DNA of 59,192 nucleotides, the filler included. It is 7 parts of 7 records of this genome, joined end to end, with 100 filler letters (N's around TTAATTAATTAA, not from the genome) between each part and the next. Parts side by side here need not be neighbours in the genome. Positions count along the whole stretch, not along the records: positions 16,428 to 23,951 come from DRR723986_21243; positions 24,052 to 30,332 come from DRR723986_21273; positions 30,433 to 44,890 come from DRR723986_21325; 4 more parts are not named here. One strand, 5' to 3'. Position numbers and translations under genes: made by a program. Shown here piece after piece: positions 22,067 through 30,434 of this stretch. The notes beneath the pieces are model-generated. The model was not told the origin of the DNA and did no database searches. It saw nothing but the letters and a program-made list of their open reading frames with translations. Numbering within the stretch: the stretch's first letter is position 1; each line of letters opens with the position of its first letter.

Positions 22067-23097
22067 TAGTGATTTTCCTTGGTTCTGGGTTATTCTATGA
22101 GTGATCCAGATATTCAGCTAATTTTGGAGAATACGAATATGTCTTCGTCTTCCACTAATCCGCACTACGCTTTGGCACCAAAATTTGAACACCTTTCTCT
22201 AAAAAGCTCCAATTCCGAAACCTACAATATTTCGCTCCTGGCGTATCCGATGGGTGACCATGTAGAATTCCCATTGGTTCTAAGCCATCTAAGGGAACAA
22301 GTCAGGCAAATGAGGATTGATCGCGGGATGCCCTAGATTTGCAGGATCGCCATCCTGAAAGCAGGCAAGTAAAGTCATCCAGAACACTCAACACTACTAG
22401 GAGCAGCCTTAGTGCTCAAGAAACCGTTAGAAGTAAATTGAGGAACTGGTTTTCGTAACCTTCGTGAACTTCCGCCCATCAGCCCAAAGTCCGCTTTTGC
22501 ACTCGCGCCAAAAGCCTCGCATTCGCAGCGAATGACCGGAATCCGCCCGCTAGTCAGAACGTCATGACCGCTTTGGGTTGACTGCAGCCATCAAAGCAAC
22601 CACTCAGCGGAGTTGATGGTCCCAAATCGAGTACTGCGTCGCCGCAAGCCAGCTCCGAGCCCAAAGTGCAAAATGCTGCGCTGCGCACAGGCGGCCGCGA
22701 AGCGCAGAAAGTCGACTTGGCACCAGTAAGGACTGCCCAAAGCCTTCGTTGGCCACCTTGCGGTCGCAGCTCGCATTCTGGACTTTCATTACCGGTGGAA
22801 AATCATTCTGCAAAGAGTGAATGCGGCCACAATCGATCGCAGTGTACTCCGGGCTAACGCCGACGGTGGTTCCTTCACCTCACCCTGTTTCGCAAAGGAC
22901 CTCAAGGAACGTCCCGGTTTCACGTCTTTTCAACTATTAACGTATTCTCTCAAGTCGACATATCTTCAAGGTCGGCCGCACCGCCGTTCTCCCCAATGTC
23001 GATGCCTTTGCGTGGGATAAGTGGAACCGATACGTCTCACCAGAGACTGGTTGGAAACCGCCTGACTCACCAAGGGCCTTCTTCCTGTCTGGAAAGG

Positions 23098-23748
23098 TCA
23101 GAATTTTCCTCCATCCCGGATGGTCTTGATACGCTCCGGTTTTGGCCTCTTGATCTTGCCCGCACTATCCGCGCGGTTGAACATGAGCGCCTTTGCGGCC
23201 ATGGCATCCTTGGTGGCCAGATCCGCATAAAAGGTGGCCACATCCTTCCAGCGCATCGCTTTGTGGTGCTGCACTTTCTGTTTGACCTGCGGCAATACAC
23301 GAGCGTCGCGGATTGTCGTGACAGGGTTTTCACCGTCACGAAAGCCTTTGGATTTCGCAACATCAAGAACAGCCTTGATCCGCTGCTGCCCGTGTTTCGG
23401 GTTCTTCCACGTCGGCAAGCGTTCAATGTAAACCTGACGGGCGATCTCCTCGAAACATGGAATTTCCTGCCGACCATTGTCGCGCCGATTGATACCCTGT
23501 TTTGCCAGACGTCTGTATTCCAAAGCGCGGTCGCGCGCTTCGCTCAAAGTCACGACATCAGCGCCACCAAGCCCAAAGTCAGTCCGGAGAAGTTTTCCTT
23601 TCCGATTGCGTTGACCTTTTACTGTAACACGCACAATCCAGCGTCGAGCACCCGACGGATCCACCACGAGGTACAACCCGCTCCCGTCGCCGTGGCGACC
23701 AGGACTACGAACCAAATTCTTTGTCAGCTTTCCACTAAGAGCAGCCAT
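23098..23748 (-). pseudogene. P4-type tyrosine integrase remnant (arm-binding domain, internally deleted)
   Basis: PGRHGDGSGLYLVV..GARRW, GLG...VTLSEAR, WKNPKH; no catalytic RHR/Y domain before the stop. Confidence 0.85.
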
Positions 23749-23895
23749 GAAAGTACTACAATATCAACCACGCAATGAACAGAAATGAGGCTAATCGAAT
23801 AGAAGTTAAAAGCAACTGTGAATGCAAATAGATCAACAAAAACAGCCAGATAAGGGGTTGAATCTAGATCAGCAGAACTGAATGAAAATGGTAAG

Positions 23896-23951
23896 TGGTG
23901 GAGAGGCTGGGTTTCGAACCTTGGGTGGGCTTGCACCCACAACGGTTTTCG
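23896..23951 (-). mobile_element. Degenerate 3' half of tRNA-Ser(CGA), likely an att site
   Basis: Reverse strand: CGA anticodon, long variable arm GTGGG-TGCAAG-CCCAC, TTCGAA, CCA end; the T-stem is mispaired (CAAGG/CCCAG); cut by the contig end. Confidence 0.7.
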
Positions 23952-24051
23952 NNNNNNNNNNNNNNNNNNNNNNNNNNNNNNNNNNNNNNNNNNNNTTAAT
24001 TAATTAANNNNNNNNNNNNNNNNNNNNNNNNNNNNNNNNNNNNNNNNNNNN
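23952..24051. other. Artificial contig spacer
   Basis: N-run + TTAATTAATTAA + N-run. Confidence 0.98.
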
Positions 24052-25264
24052 GACGCGTCATCTCCAACAACGACACCGTTTTTAGCAAATCTATTGCAAG
24101 GTCGTCACAGCCTTGCGCGCTGCACCGGTCAATAGCTTCTTTAGTGGCAATAAACTGGTGGCTATCGCTTGAAGCAGAAATCGAAGATTCCAAATTGAAA
24201 ATTAGGTAATCCCATAGATGAGGAATTTGATAGGTCGACTGCTCATTTACTGCATTACTTAGAAAGTCCTGAAACCCAAAGCCTTCAGCAGAGCTGAGAA
24301 AGCTAAAAATGCTTCTTTGATTTTGACCGTATGCTCGCTTTGAGAGCGGTCCTAACAACAACGTCGTTAGTGGATTTAATGGCCACGCCTTCGCAAGCGC
24401 TTTACTAATACCGTCGCTAAAATTTGGTCGCATTTTTTGAACTTGAACGACCGTATCACTCGCTAATTTCTTGATTGCCTGATCGGGATCTGCCCCCACA
24501 ATTGCTCTGGAGATAAGCTCGATCTGCTCTTCTCCAGAGATATTCACAGGGACATCGGCATAGCGCCCTTGGATTTTCGCCCACTCGTCTCGGACGTCGC
24601 GAGCTAATCTATTCGCATATTCTTGGAACGCTTGGTGCAAGATTCCAACGACTATCAGTTTTCCGTCACTGCGAGATGCCGCTTCTGCCAACAGCTGGAA
24701 AAAATAAACATCATGGCCGGCTAGAGCCGCTTCTTCTAAAAACTTACCCATCTCATCAATGAAGATAATGATGCCGCCACCACTCTTGCCTTTCGAAACA
24801 GCGGCTCCGCGAATTGCATCAACAACTGAAATAGGGTCGCTAGGTTCGAAGCTTTTCAACTTAGACGCCCTCGAGACAGCGTTGAGTATTGTCTCTTGAG
24901 GATCACCGCGGTGCCCAACTACTGGAACACAAGTCCATCCACTCTTGTTTGGTGGCAACAGCTTCCACAAACTCTCCGAAAATGCATCTCCAGCTACTGC
25001 AGCGGCTTTAGCTCGTGAACTATCATTACCTGCAAGCAACGCTGTCATTGCTAAAGCGAGGCTAGACTTGCCCCCACCGTATGGTCCGGTCCATGTAAAC
25101 GCGCCTTGCTTTGTTTCGCTTTGCTGCTCCGCCATCCCCAAAATTAGATTTTTCAGAGACTCGGGGAAGACGTAGCCATCTAATGAATTGGCAGGATTGT
25201 CTTCATCAATTCTAACCGACCTTAGAAACCGGCCTGCGATACTGATTTTGTCTAAAAGGCTCAT
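24052..25264 (-). CDS. SspC/BrxC-like P-loop ATPase, 3'-truncated
   Basis: RFLRSVRI start, Walker A TGPYGGGKS, Walker B IIFIDEMGKFLE, EWAKIQGR, QNQRSIFSFL; directly downstream of the DUF4007 gene. Confidence 0.8.
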
Positions 25265-26215
25265 TTATGCTGCCTTCACTTTACGGTTTTGAAGGTAATC
25301 CATCTTGATAAATTCTAGCTGCTGCTCTTCTGTCGGAGCTTCTCTGAAGATCACCTGCTTTAGCCCCGCAGTTTCGGACCATGTGAGCAAGCCTGACGAC
25401 AAATCTTCTATGTCCATCAAGCGCAGCGCTAAATCACTTTCATCCATCAAAAATATTCGACCGGGAGACCCGGGTTCCCATAATATGGAGTGAAAATTGA
25501 CGGTTGAAGCGCGACCATTTTTTCTCCAAAATTCGCATAGCGCGTACAAAAATGCCCCGTTACCTAAACTCGGCTTAGGACCCCATCCGAATAAATGACC
25601 ACCTCTTGAGCTGTTCCGAATTAGACCCAACTCAGTCAAAGGAGACGCAAGACTGTCTTCTTGCGAGCCTTTTTTGGACTTCTCTGCAGCAGCATATGTG
25701 GCGAGAAAGACCAAGATATCTGTATTCAAAGTCTTTTCGTTTGGTTGTTTCCAACCCATCTTCTTAGCGGCATCTGAAATACTTCGCTTCAACTTGTCCT
25801 TCTCAAAGGCGCCGTCATGAAAGTGATTGAAGGCCCAATAGAAAGTAGTCTTTTCGGAAGCCGAAGCCAATTTCCAATGCAGCAGCCAAAGTGACGATTG
25901 GTTTTCCAAAAATGGATCTAACCCATTATCAGAAAACATTAAATTACCAAATTCAGTTATCGTATTTTCTCGATCACTAGTCTCTAAAACACCGCACGCA
26001 TGACTCCAGAATCTGATTGCGGCGACCATATTCTTGCCAACCCCAAACCTAGCAATAGCTTCATCTTCGGAAAAAATTTTCTTAGTGTCTTCGCCTCGCT
26101 CGACAGCACCTTTCACAGCATCATATGCTTTTTTTAGCCATCCATAACGCAAGTGAAAGGTCTCGTGACCCGAAAAGTGAGGTGTATATCCTGAATGAAA
26201 AACGCGGTCTTTCAT
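25265..26215 (-). CDS. DUF4007 family protein (SspB-like)
   Basis: FSGHETFHLRYGWLKK, FGVGKNMV..IRFW, DPFLE...LWLLHW, PLTELGLI, SPGRIF, TAGL; ATG 26215 preferred. Confidence 0.88.
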   Translation of the reverse strand: MKDRVFHSGYTPHFSGHETFHLRYGWLKKAYDAVKGAVERGEDTKKIFSEDEAIARFGVGKNMVAAIRFWSHACGVLETSDRENTITEFGNLMFSDNGLDPFLENQSSLWLLHWKLASASEKTTFYWAFNHFHDGAFEKDKLKRSISDAAKKMGWKQPNEKTLNTDILVFLATYAAAEKSKKGSQEDSLASPLTELGLIRNSSRGGHLFGWGPKPSLGNGAFLYALCEFWRKNGRASTVNFHSILWEPGSPGRIFLMDESDLALRLMDIEDLSSGLLTWSETAGLKQVIFREAPTEEQQLEFIKMDYLQNRKVKAA

Positions 26216-26231
26216 AGTTTGAAATACTCTA

Positions 26232-26303
26232 ACTGGGGTTGATCTCCAGGCCAATCTATGACAACAAAACATGAACAGTCAAGGACTGGGGATGATCCCC
26301 AGG
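26232..26303. promoter_or_regulatory. Two palindromic 19-bp repeats flanking a possible LexA box in the divergent promoter
   Basis: ACTGGGGTTGATCTCCAGG (26232-26250) and ACTGGGGATGATCCCCAGG (26285-26303); CAAC-AAAACAT-GAAC at 26262-26276. Confidence 0.65.
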
Positions 26304-26328
26304 TACTTATTTTTGGTTGGGGACCGGA

Positions 26329-27486
26329 ATGTTAGTCGAACAGGCAAAACATCCCATCTATTTAGACTATCAGGCAAGCACGCCGTTGTGCGAAGCAGCA
26401 TGGTCTAAAATGAAGATGCTTTACGAAACTGACTTTGCCAATCCACACTCAGCCAACCACGCCGCAGGTTGGAAAGCCAGTGCTGCAGTAGAATTTGCGA
26501 GAACTGAGGTTGCGGCTTTAATTGGCTCCGATCCTGATGAGATCATTTTCACTTCGGGAGCGACCGAATCCAATAACCTAGCGATACTAGGCCTTGCACG
26601 AGCAAACAAAACAGCCCGCAAACGAATATTAATGAGTGTCACAGAACACAAATGCGCCCTAGCGGCAGGTAGGCAGCTAACGGCGGAAGGATACATCGTG
26701 GAGCTCATCCCCGTAGATCAATTCGGATTGGTCGACATAGATAGGTTCCAAGCCCTTCTTGCCGAGGACGTTTTGTTGGTCTCAGTGATGACTGTCAATA
26801 ATGAAGTCGGAACTATTCAAGATATTCGAGCGCTGGCAGATATATCTCATAGATTTGGCGCACTATTTCACTCCGATGCCGCTCAAGGACCGGCGACACT
26901 AGAACTAGATGTAATCGAAAGCAGTGTAGACCTACTGAGCCTTTCATCGCACAAAATGTATGGTCCAAAGGGAATTGGTGCCTTATTTATTCGAAGAGAG
27001 ATCAAAGATAGGATTCAACCACTAATTTTTGGTGGCGGTCAAGAAGATGGACTACGCGGCGGATCGCTTCCCACGCAACTGTGCGCGGGGTTCGGTGCGG
27101 CATCTAATTATCTACAATCCAACTTTGATGAAGTGCGTGAAAAAACCAAATCGCTGAGAGACAGTTTCTGGAAAGAGCTATCATCACGATGCGAGAGTGC
27201 AGTTTTAGTAGGTCCCGAATTCGAACGACGGCATGTGGGAAACCTTAGCGTCTTCTTCCCCGATATAGAGTCAGCGGAGGACTTAATTCAACGACTACAA
27301 CCCAGCGTAGCCATTTCAAGCGGATCGGCATGCAGCAGCGGTATACCGGAGCCATCTCATGTGATTACAGCTATCCGCAAAAACGAAGACGCATGGGAGC
27401 GCACCATTCGCATTAGCTTTGGCCCTCAGTTAACAATGGACGAAATTGATACCGCGATTGATCATTTGATCAGCAATTTAGGTTAG
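26329..27486 (+). CDS. IscS/DndA/SspA-type cysteine desulfurase
   Basis: IYLDYQASTP, FTSGATESNN, VNNEVG, HSDAAQ, SSHKMYGPKG (PLP Lys), SSGSACSS (catalytic Cys). Confidence 0.92.
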   Translation: MLVEQAKHPIYLDYQASTPLCEAAWSKMKMLYETDFANPHSANHAAGWKASAAVEFARTEVAALIGSDPDEIIFTSGATESNNLAILGLARANKTARKRILMSVTEHKCALAAGRQLTAEGYIVELIPVDQFGLVDIDRFQALLAEDVLLVSVMTVNNEVGTIQDIRALADISHRFGALFHSDAAQGPATLELDVIESSVDLLSLSSHKMYGPKGIGALFIRREIKDRIQPLIFGGGQEDGLRGGSLPTQLCAGFGAASNYLQSNFDEVREKTKSLRDSFWKELSSRCESAVLVGPEFERRHVGNLSVFFPDIESAEDLIQRLQPSVAISSGSACSSGIPEPSHVITAIRKNEDAWERTIRISFGPQLTMDEIDTAIDHLISNLG

Positions 27487-28504
27487 TTACTGAACCCTAC
27501 ATATGCGCAATAGATACGCCCAAGAGAGCTAGCAAAGGGCTGCACTCCCTCGGAGGACAACCACTTCACTGCTCCTGTCTACCGTACTCGATTTTCTAGG
27601 CGTCAGATACCTATTATCGCGAAAGGGAGGTTAGCTTGTTCATCGACATTGTCTCGCCGCGAACAAACAACCCGTGCCTGCAGCTAAGTTACCTATAAGG
27701 AGCAGTTTTCATGACGCTAGTTTTTTCACAGTGAGCAGCGATGGTTTTTAATTTCAAACCCCTGCAAACATGGTCTTATATTCTTGGACCGAGTGCTGAG
27801 ACTCACTTCGGCGCACTTAGTCATATAAAGGCTGCTTCTACAGCCAAGCCGGTCATCAATATAATTGCAACATCAGATGTAGGACATCATCACCGCAGCC
27901 ATATACTATGAGTGCTCTATGTAAACGCGTTTGTATAGGAAGAGATGCTCTTTGGTGGGCTATTGTTGGGTTATTTACAATTTTTGGTGTGTTGTTCGTT
28001 GCTGATTGGCGGCACACTGCGGTTTTCTGGTTTGCCGGTGTAGAATTTTGTTTATTGTCGGCAAAGACCTATGGCTAACCTATACTTATTGTTAGTAAAC
28101 ATTTGTTTTAAATAGATAAAAATATACTTCGCAGGATGATATTACACTCTTTAGATCTTTTGTTTTGGTGACAACGCGTAAATATCGCCGCCAAGTCGCC
28201 ATTGAGTTGAATGCATGGGGAAGCATTTTAGAGTCCACTGAGACTTCGCCTATCGCCGGCAAGTGCAGAGACACCAAAGCTGACCACACACCACACCACC
28301 GACTCTTAAAACGACTCTGAGGACATTTGCGCTGCGCTTTGATTGTTTACTGATAAGTTCGACGACTTACCGGGTAGCAAAACCAGGTCCTCAACAAAAC
28401 AAAAACAGTATTTTTACCATATGAAAAAGCCGCGGCAAAGACCCGTTTTTTACTTCATATTTTTAGGTGATTTTTCACGCCGGTGTGCGTAAGACGCAGG
28501 TGTG

Positions 28505-28587
28505 GCAAAAAGTATTATAATTACTATAATCTTTAGCAATCAAGTAAGAAGCAAAAAGTAAGTTAATCAAGTAAGACGATAATCAAG
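28505..28587. repeat. AT-rich short direct-repeat cluster
   Basis: AATCAAGTAAGA x2 (28538, 28565), AATCAAG (28581), GCAAAAAGTA x2 (28505, 28551), TATAAT x2 (28516, 28525). Confidence 0.55.
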
Positions 28588-29008
28588 CGTTGTATATCTC
28601 GGTCATCTTATTGATAACCTCAATATAGCAAAATTTTTCAATTTTGACCCAGATTTTTAGAAAAGAATATCTAATGTATAGAAATTAAACCTCTATAACT
28701 GTTGGTGAGTAACGGTTACAGAGAATTGAAAAAAATGAAAATAATTCAAAAAGAAGAACCCGCGGGTAAAAAGGAGTATTCGATTTGGTGTATTCATACA
28801 GCCCGGCGTTAACCGCGAATTATCGAATAACCAAGTGAAGTTGGCATATAAACAGTACTTTTGCCCTCAAATAACCTCCAGCTCGGCGTGGTATAAGGAT
28901 GTGTTTTTTGGCATGCCGCCGATTGGAGCCATCCGGGTAAGCGAAACACCTATATTTCTAGGACTTCGGTATCTCCCAAGCGCAATGTGAATATATTAGA
29001 ATAATTAC

Positions 29009-29452
29009 ATGGAATGCTATCATCTAATGCCACGAAAATGGCACACTCATTATTCTTTGGGAGCGAACATTGGTCGTCGTGACGTTGTCTCACCTGCACC
29101 GTACATTGAGCATTTATTCTTGGTAGTAAATGCTGACTTAGTTCACCCCCCGTTAAAACAGACCACATCGCTTGAACTAACCTTCATCGCAGACCGTAAC
29201 TTAGAGTCACTGGTAAGCTCCAAAGACCATTCGACACCTACACCACTCTGCGTAGGCACCATGACTCTCAGAGGCGCCCGCAGAGAGTTTCTTGGTACAC
29301 TACCAAAGGACATGCTCCTTCATGTTCTTGATAGACTGGAAGCGGGATCGTTTAAGCACATCATGATGACTGGCTATAAACTTCGATACGGCAGTGCAAA
29401 AATTCACAACATCAGTTTCTACAAAACGGTGGATGCTGAAGACTGGTATTAA
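29009..29452 (+). CDS. Hypothetical protein
   Basis: 147-codon ORF in an AT-rich, stop-rich region; globular-looking composition; no recognised motif. Confidence 0.55.
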   Translation: MECYHLMPRKWHTHYSLGANIGRRDVVSPAPYIEHLFLVVNADLVHPPLKQTTSLELTFIADRNLESLVSSKDHSTPTPLCVGTMTLRGARREFLGTLPKDMLLHVLDRLEAGSFKHIMMTGYKLRYGSAKIHNISFYKTVDAEDWY

Positions 29453-29551
29453 ATGTCTGAATTAGGTCTAGCTAAAGAATCGGTCCAGCCAAATTCGGAA
29501 TCTGCGCTTTTCATACTCGGCTAATTGAGATTCGGGATATTAGGTACCAAA

Positions 29552-29752
29552 GAGAAACGTGTTATCAGGTACGGCTCCAAACAAGGGTTTAAGCGCCTTT
29601 TCGGTAGCTCTTTAGCAAAACAAGATTTTCTCAACTTGGCTCTGACTGATACTTAAAGAAATCTTAAAAGCCTTTGCAACCGCGGCTTACAGCATCTTGA
29701 GAGATGGGTGGAACCTGTTACCTCGTATAGCGTACCTGATAACACGTTTCTC
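29552..29752. repeat. 201-bp segment bounded by perfect 22-bp inverted repeats
   Basis: GAGAAACGTGTTATCAGGTACG (29552-29573) / CGTACCTGATAACACGTTTCTC (29731-29752). Confidence 0.9.
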
Positions 29753-29844
29753 AATCTTAGCCGCGACAACGATAACATCTTCGCATTTGTCGAATACTCA
29801 CAATCCCTGACACTGAATGCATGGAGGATTGCGGCTACGCCGCG

Positions 29845-29880
29845 CTAGTACACTGCTGTCGCAGCTACTAGTCTTTTTTT
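29845..29880 (+). terminator. Hairpin with T-run, possible intrinsic terminator
   Basis: CTAGTA-CA-CTGC-TGTC-GCAG-C-TACTAG then TCTTTTTTT. Confidence 0.5.
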
Positions 29881-30015
29881 CGGTTACAACGTTTGCATCT
29901 TCGAGCTTCTGCTTTCCAGAATATCTTTTAACTACGTCACCTTTTGAGTGTCGCAGCTAAAAGTTTCTAGAAAGTCGTAGGTACTCCGGGATAACCACAA
30001 GAGAAAATGACCATT

Positions 30016-30330
30016 TTAGTGTATTAAGTTTGGGGTCCCGAGAACTTGGAAATTCTCAATCGCGTAATCCGCTAACATGCTTTTGACGACATACCCTCGA
30101 AGCACTTTATCATCCGGTAGATTTCGAGCATCTTGATACTCGATAATATTTTGCACCAGAACATTACCACCAACATCATTCAGCGCTTTCGTCCAGCAAA
30201 TCCCACAAAACCTCTCAAGGTTCTCAAACTGCTTTGGCCGCACGCCAATGATAAGGTGCCAATGCGGATTACTTCTGAGTTTCTCAATGAAAGCAAAGCC
30301 ATGAATATGGCGATTAGTGTGTTCCTGATA
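30016..30330 (-). CDS. HUH-endonuclease (Rep-like) protein, C-terminal part
   Basis: The frame stays open to the contig end: GFAFIEKLRSNPHWHLII (HUH motif) ... CWTKAL ... GYVVK (YxxK motif). Confidence 0.65.
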   Translation of the reverse strand, partial: YQEHTNRHIHGFAFIEKLRSNPHWHLIIGVRPKQFENLERFCGICWTKALNDVGGNVLVQNIIEYQDARNLPDDKVLRGYVVKSMLADYAIENFQVLGTPNLIH

Positions 30331-30332
30331 TA

Positions 30333-30432
30333 NNNNNNNNNNNNNNNNNNNNNNNNNNNNNNNNNNNNNNNNNNNNTTAATTAATTAANNNNNNNNNNNN
30401 NNNNNNNNNNNNNNNNNNNNNNNNNNNNNNNN
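30333..30432. other. Artificial contig spacer
   Basis: N-run + TTAATTAATTAA + N-run. Confidence 0.98.
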
Positions 30433-30434
30433 CG

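Noticed and set aside
23896-23951. Functional tRNA-Ser gene
   Set aside because: The 5' half is absent and the T-stem has two mismatches; treated as an att copy
26232-26303. Mini-CRISPR (two repeats with a 34-nt spacer)
   Set aside because: Only two 19-bp repeats, no cas genes, and the position in a divergent promoter fits operators better
18902-27486. Two cysteine desulfurases as one sulfur-relay system
   Set aside because: They are on different fragments separated by a spacer; the first is the housekeeping SufS
23098-27486. The integrase/att site and the Ssp module forming one island
   Set aside because: An artificial spacer at 23952-24051 separates them, so adjacency is not evidence
29552-29752. 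Retron msr-msd or integron attC
   Set aside because: No reverse transcriptase or integron integrase in the fragment, and the GTT/AAC boxes are in the opposite order for an attC site; it remains unexplained rather than assigned
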